Program-made: the position numbers and the translations under genes | Part shown: one piece after another, positions 39,304 to 50,912 of the stretch | Layout of the letters: the number at the start of each line of letters is the position of its first letter | How positions within the stretch are numbered: the first letter of the stretch is position 1 | Notes under the pieces: generated by a model | Told to the model about the DNA's origin: nothing | The model's input: the letters and a program-made list of their open reading frames with translations, nothing else | The model's database searches: none | Assembly: GCF_006345805.1 (NCBI RefSeq) | Contig: NW_021830458.1 | Coordinates: 1,754-65,753, forward strand | Origin: Octopus sinensis | Taxonomy: Eukaryota | Reading direction: 5' to 3' | DNA: 64,000 nt

Positions 39304-39511
39304 AACTGCGACAAACAGAATATTTTAGCAAATATAAAGAGAACAAACGTTCACAGTTATGCCCATCAATGTTTAGCATTTCTTTGATGTAAGGCTATTT
39401 TAATGACGAACCAACTGTTGTATCTATTTATGTTTTTTCCCACTGACACAATCTTGATAAACTTGTTGGGAATTTCTGTTGTAAACTACAACCATATCGT
39501 AGTCAGGTGTG

Positions 39512-39830
39512 GAATACATACATACATACATACATACATACATACATACATACATACATACATACATACATACATACATACATACATACATACAAGCATG
39601 CATACATACAAGCATGCATACATACATGCACGCATACATACATACATACATACATACATAATACATACATACATACATACATACATGCATACTAACAAAC
39701 AAACATACGTACATACATACATACATACATGCATACATACATACATACATACATACATACATACATACATACATACATACATACATACATACATACATAC
39801 ATACATACATACATACATGCATACATACAT
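39512..39830. repeat. (TACA)n microsatellite
   Basis: Directly visible. Confidence 0.95.
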
Positions 39831-39844
39831 TGAGGTATACATAC

Positions 39845-40210
39845 CATCGTAGACGTTAGCTGCTCTGCAGGTATAAATATATCTTTGAAAATCAAAGAAA
39901 AAGAGAATATCTATGGACAATGCTTCTATATCCATGCTATGAATTCATATTCATACCAATAATAATAGAACTAGGTTTTGTTAGTAAATGCTTAATGGAG
40001 AATCTGGATAAACTGGAATTTTCAGAAAGAGAAATTGACCGGCTGATTCGTACATTGCAAATGCAATCTGTGAGTGGAATAGTAAAAATATGCAAGACTT
40101 TTCTAAGTTCTAAATGTGAATTTGCCAGTGTTAACTACATCCCAAAGATGGAGCCTTGTATCTTTGTTCGAAACCGGCTCCCTCCTCAGTGGAAGATTTA
40201 TAATAATTAA
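39845..40210 (+). mobile_element. R4/Dong-like (RLE) non-LTR element, ORF C-terminus and probable 3' UTR
   Basis: VDVSCSAGINISLKIKEKENIYGQ..LLYPCYEFIFIPIIIELGFVSKCLMENLDKLEFSEREIDRLIRTLQMQSVSGIVKICKTFL matches the terminal RLE segment (E.SCP...K..KY..L, P.I.GALG, I.K.FL). Confidence 0.75.
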
Positions 40211-40269
40211 AAAATAGAAGAGACATACAATGATGCATAGAGGTATATATAAAACCAATAGAGACAGCC

Positions 40270-41135
40270 CTTGAAACTCCAAAATACAACCAAAGACGAT
40301 GATTATGTCACATTTCTGTGGAAGACGTCATATATGTGGTTACCAGCTGCCCCAAAATGTCCAGGTACTACTTCCCCATTCAGACCGAAGTAGTTGCTAC
40401 GCCTTTGAAAAAAAAAAAAAGACTATCTTGGAATAAATATAGTGATCCCTCCTGTTATTGAATACACACATAATAATCAACTCAATGAATATTAGTGGAA
40501 CGTTCCCATCAAAGCATTTGTCAAGTGTAAGACTGGATATTGTTGTTTAAGACAGACAAGAAAATGAATGTGATACCACAGAGGTCAGAGGTCAGTTGTC
40601 CTGCTGATGTGGATATCTCATCGAAAGTCAAAGATAATAGGCAACTGTTCCGAAATATTTAGATTCTATAAACAGGTTATATATTTTTTCTTTTACTTGT
40701 TTCAGTCATTTGACTGAGGCCATGCTGGAGCACAACCTTTAGTCGAATCAAATCGACCCCCAGGACTTATTCTTTGTAAGCCTAGTACTTATTCTATCGA
40801 CCCTTTTGCCGAACAGCTAAGTTACGGGGGTCCTAAACACACTAGCATCGGTTGTCAAGCGATGTTGAGGGGACAAACACAGATACACAACACACACACA
40901 CACATACATACACACACACTCACACACACACAGGACGGGCTTCTTTCAGTTTCCGTCAACCAAATCCACTCACAAGGCTTTGGTCAGCCCGAGGCTATAG
41001 TAGAAGACACTTGCTCAAGGTGCCACGCAGTGGGGCAGAACCCGGAACCACGTGGTTGGTAAGCAAGCTACTTATCACAGGCCACTCCTGCGCCTATAAG
41101 TTCAAATATATATCAGTAACAATTAGTGCAGTTGG
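40270..41135 (+). mobile_element. R4/Dong-like zinc-knuckle/RLE segment split by SINE A
   Basis: EDVIYVVTSCPKMSRYYFPI (40321-40380), NEY*WNVPIK, EVSCPADVDIS; reading continues across the SINE as GY|KFKYISVTISAVG with a TATA duplication. Confidence 0.75.
40685..41094 (-). mobile_element. SINE family A, full length, nested in the R4/Dong fragment
   Basis: Tail TTTTACTTGTTTCAG to head GCCACTCCTGCGCC. Confidence 0.92.
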
Positions 41136-41901
41136 TTTGTGGATGACTTGAAACTATATGCAAAGAATATGCATGAAATCAAAAATCAGCCTTCGCCTGG
41201 GTACAGCATTCTCAAAGATTTAGGATTGGAGTTTGGTCACGATAAATGTTGCTATATGTTTGTGAAATGAGGGGAAACTGTAAAACAGACTAACAACATC
41301 TTACGAGGGTACGTGTGAGACACGTATCACTAAAGAATATTACAGCCAAATAAAGAAAATATGGACCTCGGAACTCTCTGCTCTGCATTTAATAAAACTG
41401 TGGCTCACAATGTGTTTGCAGTGCCAGTACTCATACCGACATTTATGCTGCTTGATTGGACGCTTGATGACATCGAGTCATTCACGTGAAAACCCGGAAG
41501 GTACCAAGAAGCATTCAATTTCCATCTCAACAGTAATGTTGGCCGCTTCTACCTAAAACGAAAACAAGGCAGCAAAGGCGTAACGTCGATCAAAACTGCC
41601 TTTGAGTATCGTGTCATATCCCTTCCACACCATCTCTTAACCACCAAGAGTCGAAGTGCATCTTTCGACCAAGTTTGCATACACGAGGCTGATAACATCA
41701 TAAGACTCGAAAAGCAGCTCCTTGAGCAGCATTCTTTGGTTGATAACTTTAAATACATGCCCAAAGAAGCCGCACGACTCCGCTGCAACATATCTTTAGC
41801 TAAAAAAGATGAGCATATATGAGCAGAAGACTATGCAGGGATATGCTAATAGAAAACTCTGACATGATAGTAACATTGATCGTCAAAGCAATGTATCATG
41901 G

Positions 41902-41903
<2 letters not shown>
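41136..41903 (+). mobile_element. R4/Dong-like reverse-transcriptase segment
   Basis: FVDDLKLYAKN at 41136, DLGLEFGHDKC, FAVPVLIPTF, RFYLKRKQGSKGVTSI (LY..R..GGRGL), EQKTMQGY; many disablements. Confidence 0.85.
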
Positions 41904-41904
<1 letters not shown>

Positions 41905-41999
<95 letters not shown>

Positions 42000-42012
42000 A
42001 GAGAGAGAGAGA
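41905..42012. repeat. (GA)n microsatellite
   Basis: Directly visible. Confidence 0.95.
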
Positions 42013-42392
42013 TGGGGTTAAGTTTCGTAGATTAGAAATTAAAGAAATTATAAAATACAAAAAGAAATGAAAGAGAGACGGATAGAAAAAAGATTTGCGA
42101 AGAAGAATCTATAAAAATAGAAAGCAGCGCGTTCGCTTCCTCTTCTATCATCTGTCACAGCAGCGAGAAAGCGGTGGTGGTGGTAGTGGTGGGGGCTCCG
42201 GTATGTCAAAACATTAAACTAGCTACAGTAAACAATGAAAAACATTAAAAGATTCTCAAGCAAATTAAATATTTAAAAGTTATGAGCAAACCAACAGGAG
42301 TTACTAGAAATAACACTCAAAACATTGCTTAAAACAGACATTTATTAGTTTTAAAAATTCAAGAACGAAAGTTTGCAATACACTCTTTACTC

Positions 42393-42766
42393 TTTTTTAC
42401 TCTTTTACTTGTTTCAGACATTTGACTGCGGTCATGCTGGAGCAGCGCCTTTTAGTCGAGCAAATCGACCCCGGGACTTAATCTTTGTAAGCCCAGTACT
42501 TATTCTATCAGTCTCTTTTGCCGAACCGCTAAGTGACGGGGACATAAACACACCAGCATCGGTTGTCAAGCAATGCTAGGGGGACAAACACAGACACACA
42601 AACACACACACACATATATATATATATATACGACAGGCTTCTTTCAGTTTCCGTCTACCAAATCCACTCACAAGGCCTTGGTCGGCCCGGGGCTATAGCA
42701 GAAGACACTTGCCCAAGATGCCACGCAGTGGGACTGAACCCGGAACCATGTGGTTGGTTAGCAAGC
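42393..42766 (-). mobile_element. SINE family A, head truncated
   Basis: Tail through GGTTAGCAAGC. Confidence 0.9.
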
Positions 42767-42849
42767 TCTAGGATTTTATAAAATAAATGATCTTTTTCAT
42801 ATCTCCTTCTCAACATAAATTCACCAAGATAAGACTCAACCGTAGAACG

Positions 42850-43110
42850 GTGTGTCTCACACCGGCGTTTGTTTCCGCATTTTAAAGATGCCTATGTCTC
42901 TCAATTTGTTGAGTGTGAGTCCCATCTTTTGAGTTCATAAATTCAATGTTACGGTTCACAGTTTTATGTTCGAAATCATAGCCCACGATTTCTGGGATAT
43001 GATTATAAGCTCGCCACAGGTCACTGAAGATAATGGCTCCTGGAAGAACCGAGTGTCGTATGCAGTCCTCGTTTACACTTCTTGTGCGCATGCGCAGCAT
43101 TTTTGGTTAC
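42850..43110 (-). mobile_element. Merlin (IS1595/IS1016-like) transposase C-terminal fragment
   Basis: ORF 42882-43100: CIRHSVLPGAIIFSDLWRAYNHI..EHKTVNRNIEFMNSKDGTHTQQIE matches V.PG..I.SD.W..Y, H.TVNH...F and G.HT..IE. Confidence 0.85.
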
Positions 43111-43430
43111 TATGAAAACAGAGTTCTTCGCAGTCAGCTAGGAAACACGTGGTGCTTCTTTGCTTACAATGCTGACAGAAGTTCATGGTGATGTGTAAAA
43201 TACTCGATTCTGGTTGGTTAAAATACCAAAATTTTGAAAACTTTAAAGGCTAGTAACTTTTTAATTATAAATTTATTGGAAAAATTAATTTAATTTTCAT
43301 AATTTCCTTTTCAAAATGTACCTACTGTACCATTCTAAATCCTTTGAGAATGTTGTAACCAGGTGAAGGCTGTTTTTGATATAATGCATATTCTTTGCAT
43401 ATAGTTTTAATTCATCCACAGTGTACCTAC

Positions 43431-43868
43431 TGTACATTTTGGCTATCTAACCCCCATTAACCCCCATTAAAAAATTGGGTTATCTTCCCCAACTAAAAAG
43501 ATTGTTTAATCCTCAATAAAACAAAAACAATATGAAAAATTAATAAACATAAAAAGTGAAAAGATTAAACATCTTATTGAATCTGATAATATTTTTATAT
43601 CGAATTATTCAAAACTGAAAAAAATTAATAAATATGAAAACTGAAAAAAATTAAATATCTTATTGAATCTAATAACATTTTTATAACAAATCATACCGTG
43701 CCAATTGAGAAGGCCAAAAGTCAACAATGTGTTGAAGCATTGAATCAAAAGGATCTAACCCTTTTAATGCAATCTCTTGTCGCCACATAAACTCAATTTT
43801 TTAGTGGGGAGATAACCCAATTTGTTAATGGTAATTTTTTAATGGAGATGAGATAACCAAAATGTGCC
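43431..43868. mobile_element. MITE-like fold-back element with ~65-bp imperfect TIRs
   Basis: ACATTTTGGCTATCT..CCATTAAAAAATTGGGTTATCTTCCCCAACTAAAA (43434-43499) vs the reverse complement of 43797-43865; AT-rich interior with direct subrepeats. Confidence 0.7.
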
Positions 43869-43944
43869 AATTATTATACAAAACTTAATCCATATACCGA
43901 ATTTGAAAACAATTAGGACAAAATTGTAAACAGTGACGATAACC

Positions 43945-44150
43945 TATTTCTTTATTACCCACAAGGGGCTAAACATAGAGGGGACAAACAAGGACAGGCA
44001 TAGGTATTATGTCGATTACATCGATCCCAGTGCGTAACTGGTACTTAATTTATCGACCCCGAAAGGATGAAAGGTAAAGTCGACCTCGGCGGAATTTGAA
44101 CTCACAACGTAACGGCAGACGAAGTACCGCAAAGCATTTCGCCCGGTAGT
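43945..44150 (-). mobile_element. SINE family B with LINE-type tail
   Basis: CCTATTTCTTTATTACCCACAAGGGG through GCATTTCGCCCGG; head missing. Confidence 0.88.
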
Positions 44151-44169
44151 GACGATAACCACAAAAATC

Positions 44170-44721
44170 CCAACCGAATAATGAAAATATTGACCTCGGA
44201 ACGCTCTGCTCTGCATTCAATAAAACTGTGGCTCATAATGTGCTTGCAGTGCCAGTATTCATACCAACATTTGGGCTGCTTGGCTGGATGCTTGATGAGA
44301 TCTGAGCCATTCATGTGAAAACCGGGAAGATACTAACAAGCACACAATTTCCACCCAAACAATGACGTAGACCGCCTCTGCCTAAAACTAAAACAAGCGG
44401 CAGATACTTGACATCGATCTAAAATGCCCTTGAATGTCGTATCATATCCCTTCGAGAACATCTTTTAACTACCAAGTGCATCCTTTGACCAAGTTTGCAT
44501 ACATGACGCTGATAACATCATAAGACTTGGAAAGCAGTTCCTTGGACTGCATTCCTTGTCTAATAACCTTAAATACATGCCCAAAGAAGTCACATGACTC
44601 CACCACAAAGTATCATCAGATGAAAAGATGAGGGTATATGAGCAGAAGACTATGCATCGATATGTTAGTAGAAAGCTCTGAGATGATAGTAACATCGATC
44701 GTCAAAGCAGTTTATCATGGA
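44170..44721 (+). mobile_element. R4/Dong-like segment, paralog of 41350-41903
   Basis: Colinear with 41350-41903 (roughly 80% by eye); both stop at TCATGGACC. Confidence 0.85.
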
Positions 44722-44861
44722 CCAAAAGAGAGGTGAAGATAAGTTTGGCAGATTGACCCGAAAAAAGTTAAAAAAAAAGAAAAAGAAACGAAAAGGAGAC
44801 GGATAGAATAAAAATCGCAAAAAAGAAAAAAATATATAAATATAATAGTGGAAAAAGAAAA

Positions 44862-44933
44862 AGGGGACACCCGGGTTCGAACCGGGGACCTCTCGATCTG
44901 CAGTCGAATGCTCTACCACTGAGCTATATCCCC
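44862..44933 (-). tRNA. tRNA-Cys-GCA: tRNA-Cys (GCA), copy 3
   Basis: Identical to copy 1; T-runs at 44858-44862 and 44852-44856. Confidence 0.97.
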
Positions 44934-45098
44934 AACTACTAGGATGTGTCTGTTTTGGCAAATTTAAAGAGAACGGACGTCCTCACTTGCGCCTATTAAT
45001 GTTTATCGTTCCTATGATGCAATGTTGTTTTAATGAGGTCAGCTGTTGTATTTGTTTACGGCTTTCCCACTGACGAAATCTGGAGCATACATACATAC

Positions 45099-45416
45099 GG
45101 TACTACTCGAGAACAGTGGTCCTGGTGCGCGCACTCGCGTACTCGCGCATCCGCGTTAGCTAGTCACGACTAGTCGATCCTTACTTTGTGTTTTTGTGTG
45201 TTATTTGCTTTGTTTAAAAAATTATTTACTTCGTATTTTTGTGTTTTATTTACTTTATTTAACAAAAATAATTTACTTTGTGTAAAAAAATTAGTTATTT
45301 TGTGTTTTATTTACTTTGCTAGGTAGTCGTTGTAGGATCGACTCGTCACGACTAGCTAGCGCGGATGCGCGACTACGCGAGTGCGCGCACCGGGACCCCT
45401 GTTCTCAAGTAGTACC
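45099..45416. mobile_element. MITE with 82-bp CpG-rich TIRs inserted in (CATA)n
   Basis: 45099-45180 vs the reverse complement of 45335-45416 match 74/82; interior is AT-rich TGTGTTTTATTTACTTT subrepeats. Confidence 0.85.
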
Positions 45417-46200
45417 CATACATACATACATACATACATACATACATACATACATACGTACATACATACATACATACATACATACATACGTACGTACATA
45501 CATACATACGTACATACATACATACATACATTCATACATACGTACATACATACATACATACATACGTACATACACATATACATACATACATACATACATA
45601 CGTACATACACATATATATACATACATACATACATACATACATACATACGTACATACGTACATACGTACATACATACATACATACATACATACGTACATA
45701 CATACATACATACATACATACATACATACATACATACATACGTACATACATACATACATACATACATACATACATACATACATACATACATACATACGTA
45801 CATACACATATATATACATACATACATACATACATACATACATACATACATACATACGTACATACGTACATACATACATACATACATACATACATACATA
45901 CGTACGTACATACATACATACATACATACATACATACATACATACATACATACATACATACGTACGTACATACATACGTACGTACATACATACGTACATA
46001 CATACATACATACATACATACATACGTACATACACATATATACATACATACATACATACATACATACATACATACATACATACATACATACATACATACA
46101 TACATACATACGTACGTACATACATACGTACGTACATACATACGTACATACATACATACATACATACGTACGTACACACACACATACATACATACATACA
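45417..46200. repeat. ~780-bp (TACA)n/(TACG) microsatellite
   Basis: Directly visible; source of the 250-316 aa pseudo-ORFs. Confidence 0.97.
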
Positions 46201-46399
46201 AATATACATGTCTGCAACATAATACTTTAAACAAAATGCTTCGAAAAACAAGCGTTTCGGATTTCGGGAAGTGTCGAAATCGTGAGAGCACATGAATAAA
46301 TAACATGGAATATATATTCCGAGTCTCTGCGCTCAGAGTTCAAATCCCACCGAAGCCAACTTTGTAATGCATCCTATGGTGTTGAGAAATAACTCTCCA

Positions 46400-46595
46400 G
46401 GCGCAGGCATAATTGCGTGCTAAGAAGCTTGCTTCCCAACCACATTGTTCCGAGTTCAGTCCCTCTGCGTGTCACCCTGGGCAAGTCTTTTACTATATAG
46501 CCTCGGGCTGACCAAATCCTTGTGAGTGGAATTGCTAGACGGATACTGACAGAAACCCGTCGTATCTATCTATCTTTCTATCTATCTATCTATCT
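46400..46595 (+). mobile_element. SINE family A 5' half ending in an (ATCT)n internal tract
   Basis: Head GGCGCAGGCAT..; body ends GAAACCCGTCG then TATCTATCT; 3' half not found downstream. Confidence 0.8.
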
Positions 46596-46785
46596 CTTTT
46601 TTTCTTTCTTTTTTCTTTTTTTTCCGTTTTTTTCTTTCTTTCTTTTTTTTTGTTCTTTTTTCCCTTTTACGATCCCTTTTGATCGAAAACCTACGCCACC
46701 TTTGTTTTTCTTCTCCTCCAAAAGAAAAGCTCTACCTTGTAACTTGTCCCATCTGTGTGCAGCCCTGTGTGGCCAATAAAGAAAC
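46596..46785 (+). mobile_element. Tx1/L1-like LINE, 3' UTR-only copy 1 (diverged)
   Basis: CTTTTACGATCCCTTTTGATCG..AAAAGAAAAGCTCTACCTTGT..CAGCCCTGTGTGGCCAATAAAGAAAC, as in copies 2 and 3. Confidence 0.85.
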
Positions 46786-46789
46786 TTAC

Positions 46790-48542
46790 GTCGCGTTGCT
46801 CTCAAGCAACTCTGCCGTCCTGGGTCGACCTTAAGTGACTTCAACACAACCAAAGCATTCTATAGGGGTTTAGTGGAGGGGAGGTACGACGACGAGCTCG
46901 GGGCGAACCTGGAGAAGCAAGCCCATGCCGTCCACCAGCGCCTCCGTCGTGGGACGCTGGACCGACGGCCCGGTTGAGTTGCTCGGGGTCTGGTTTGGTC
47001 CGGACCTCCAAGTGGAGAAGAACTGGAACGAGATAACGAGTAGGGTGGTCACTCTCGCCCGCCATGGGCCGAGAGGAACTGTCCTAAAAGGTCGAGCGGA
47101 GGTGGCGAACACTACATCGCGTCCGTCATCTACTACCGCCTGACCGTCGTACCTTGTCCCGACCCTACCATCACCAAACTACAACGCATCCTCTTTCGCT
47201 TCTTGTGGAAAGGATGCGTCCCGATGGTCAGGCGATCCATTTGCTGTCAACACCCGTTAAAAGGAGGGCTGGGCATGCCGTGGTTGATGATGCGCAGACA
47301 CGCGCTGAGACTGCGACATCTCTGGCTCTATGTAGACGACGGTGAACAGGTGTGGTCGCCGTTTGTGAGGCACGCTTTCCCGCAGCTCGTCTCCATGACC
47401 GAACTGCAGTGTGGATAAAAGAGGCCGAGGAAGGGGAATGGCTACCGCGAGTGTCGCGTTGCTCTCAAGCAACTCTGCCGTCCTGGGTCGACCTTAAGTG
47501 ACTTCAACACAACCAAAGCATTCTATAGGGGTTTAGTGGAGGGGAGGTACGACGACGAGCTCGGGGCGAACCTGGACGTCGACGAGGAGTACCTGACCCG
47601 CCTGTTCGGGACGACTTTCGGGCCAGGCCCATGGACAACTTCCAGAGATCCCTGGCCTGGCAGTGCTACCGAGAAGCGCTACCCGTCGGGATAAGCTCTA
47701 CAGACACGGCTCGAGAAACACGGGGCCGACCTGCCCGAGATGCGGTCAGAGCGACGAAACCGTTCTGCACGCACTCGTTCAGTGTCCAACAATTTCCGAC
47801 CTGTGGGCTTATGTCGAACAACTGCTGTCACGTGTGGGACGAGTCGGTTTATCAGCTGAGTATCGTCAATATTGTCACGCCTCCTTCCTTCAAACGGGAA
47901 GGAAGAGCTATTTTCATCATCCTTGTGGCTATGGCGAAAGAATGTATCTGGTGGACGCGTCTGAAAGGATTGGAGACAAACACTTTCCTCTCTGGTCAAT
48001 CTCTCATCAACTTCTTCAAGTACCACTTGAAAAGGAAAGTGAGAGTAGAGAGGCAAGTTTTGTCTAGCGAATGTTTTAAAAAAAGATGGGTGAATGTAGC
48101 AAGAATGGCACGTATGAATGACGAAGCCACCTTGAGCATAGTCCTATGAACCCAGAAATCGAAAACAGAGAGTTGCTTATTTGCAAAAAAAAAAAAAAAA
48201 AAAAAAAGAAATATAAAATGTGACTTCATTGACCGAGGTTACCGTGGTCTTTTCGTAGGCTTTTCTTTCCACGGGTAAACCTCACCTGTCCTCCCCTTTA
48301 CACTTCATATTGACATTTCTGTGATAACGATCCCTATTGATCAATTTTTTTTTCCTCTCCACCTTTTTTTTTTTTTTTTAACCCCCCCTTTTTTTTGTCC
48401 TCTTTCTCTCCTTTTACGATCCCTTTTGATCGAACCTCCCCCCTTCCTTTTTTTTTTTTTTTTTTTTTAAACCTTCAAAAGAAAAGCTCTACCTTGTAAT
48501 TTGTTCTATCTGTGTGCAGCCCTGTGTGGCTAATAAAGAAAC
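46790..48542 (+). mobile_element. Tx1/L1-like LINE copy 2, 5'-truncated, with a 5' duplicated segment
   Basis: LLGVWFG, RKLSLKGR, HPLKGGLGMP, C-terminal CPRCGQSDETVLHALVQC zinc knuckle, stop at 48149, T-rich 3' UTR ending AATAAAGAAAC. Confidence 0.92.
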
Positions 48543-48543
48543 A

Positions 48544-48583
<40 letters not shown>

Positions 48584-48584
48584 A

Positions 48585-48615
<31 letters not shown>

Positions 48616-48660
48616 TCTATCTATCTATCTATCTATCTATCATCCATCCATCCATCCATC

Positions 48661-48691
<31 letters not shown>

Positions 48692-48770
48692 ATCTATCTA
48701 TATCTATCTATCTATCTGTCTACTATCTATCTATCCATCCATCCATCCATCCATCTACTATCTATCTATC

Positions 48771-48818
<48 letters not shown>

Positions 48819-48919
48819 GTCTATCTATCTATCCATCCATCCATCCATCATCCATCCATCTATTATCTACCTATCTATCTATCTATCTATCATCTATCTA
48901 TCTATCTATCTATCTATCT
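48543..48919. repeat. (ATCT)n/(ATCC)n microsatellite between LINE copies
   Basis: Directly visible. Confidence 0.95.
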
Positions 48920-50678
48920 TAGGCGGAAGCTGGCGACTCTAAGGGGCATCCCGCGAGAATTGGGATGCGGGACGAGCGTGTCTGCATACGCGGACGACGT
49001 CACCGTCATAGTGTCTAGCCACGAGCACATCGAGCTGGTCGGCGAGACACTGAAAAACTACGAAGCGGTGACAGGAGCGAAAATCAACCGGGAAAAGTCA
49101 GTGGGCTTGCGACTAGGCACTGGAGAAGCAAGCCCATGCCGTCCACCAGCGCCTCCGTCGGGACGCTGGACCGACGGCCCGGTTGAGTTGCTCGGGGTCT
49201 GGTTTGGTCCGGACCTCCAAGTGGAGAAGAACTGGAACGAGATAACGAGTAGGGTGGTCACTCTCGCCCGGCAATGGGCCGAGAGGAAACTGTCCCTAAA
49301 AGGTCGAGCGAGGGGTGGCGAACACGTACATCGCGTCCGTCATCTACTACCGCCTGACCGTCGTACCTTGTCCCGACCCTACCATCACCAAACTACAACG
49401 CATCCTCTTTCGCTTCTTGTGGAAAGGATGCGTCCCGCCGATGGTCAGGCGATCCATTTGCTGTCAACACCCGTTTAAAAGGAGGGCTGGGCATGCCGTG
49501 GTTGATGATGCGCAGACACGCGCTGAGACTGCGACATCTCTGGCTCTATGTAGACGACGGTGAACAGGTGTGGTCGCCGTTTGTGAGGCACGCTTTCCCG
49601 CAGCTCGTCTCCATGACCGAACTGCAGTCGTGGATTAAAAAGAGGCCGAAGGAAGGGCGAATGGCACCGCGAGTGTCGCGTTGCTCTCAAGCAACTCTGC
49701 CGTCCTGGGTCGACCTTAAGTGACTTCAACACAACCAAAGCATTCTATAGGGGTTTAGTGGAGGGGAGGTACGACGACGAGCGAGCTCGGGGCGAACCTG
49801 GACGTCGACGAGGAGTACCTGACCCGCCTGTTCGGACGACTTTCGGGCCAGGGCCCATGGACAACTTCCAGAGATCCCTGGCCTGGCAGTGCTACCGAGA
49901 AGCGCTACCCGTTCGGGATAAGCTCTACAGACACGGCTCGAGAAACACGGGGCCGACCTGCCCGAGATGCGGTCAGAGCGACGAAACCGTTCTGCACGCA
50001 CTCGTTCAGTGTCCAACAATTTCCGACCTGGGGCTTATGTCGAACAACTGCTGTCACGTGTGGGACGAGTCGGTTTATCAGCTGAGTCTATCGTCAATAT
50101 TGTCACGCCTCCTTCCTTCAAACGGGAAGGAAGAGATTTTCATCATCCTTGTGGCTATGGCGAAAGAATGTATCTGGTGGACGCGTCTGAAAGGATTGGA
50201 GACAAACACTTTCCTCTCTGGTCAATCTCTCATCAACTTCTTCAAGTACCACTTGAAAAGGAAAGTGAGAGTAGAGAGGCAAGTTTTGTTTTGTCTAGCG
50301 AATGTTTTAAAAAAAGATGGGTGAATGTAGCAAGAATGGCACGTATGAATGACGAAGCCACCTTGAGCATAGTCCTATGAACCCAGAAATCGAAAACAGA
50401 GAGTTGCTTATCTGCAAAAAAAAAAAAAAAAAAAAAGAAATATAAAATGTGACTTCATTGACCGAGGTTACCGTGGTCTTTTCCGCAGGCTTTTCTTTCC
50501 ACGGGTAAACCTCACCTGTCCTCCCCTTTACACTTCATATTGACATTTCTGTGATAACGATCCCTATTGATCATTTTTTTTTCCTCCCCCCCCCTTTTTT
50601 TTTTTTTTTTTTTTTAACCCCCCTTATTTTTGTCCTCTTTCTCTCCTTTTACGATCCCTTTGAGCGAACCTCCCCCTT

Positions 50679-50716
<38 letters not shown>

Positions 50717-50787
50717 CCTTCAAAAGAAAAGCTCTACCTTGTAATTGGTTCTATCTGTGTGCAGCCCTGTGTGGCTAATAAAGAAAC
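48920..50787 (+). mobile_element. Tx1/L1-like LINE copy 3, 5'-truncated within the RT domain
   Basis: SAYADDVTVIV (RT motif C), GAKINREKS, LLGVWFG, CPRC..ETVLHALVQC, stop at 50380, 3' UTR near-identical to copy 2. Confidence 0.95.
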
Positions 50788-50788
50788 A

Positions 50789-50820
<32 letters not shown>

Positions 50821-50837
50821 CATCCATCCATCCATCC

Positions 50838-50912
<75 letters not shown>

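Noticed and set aside
45316-46306. Five overlapping ORFs of 253-316 aa
   Set aside because: Translations of (TACA)n, which lacks stops in most frames; HTYI/MYVC periodicity only.
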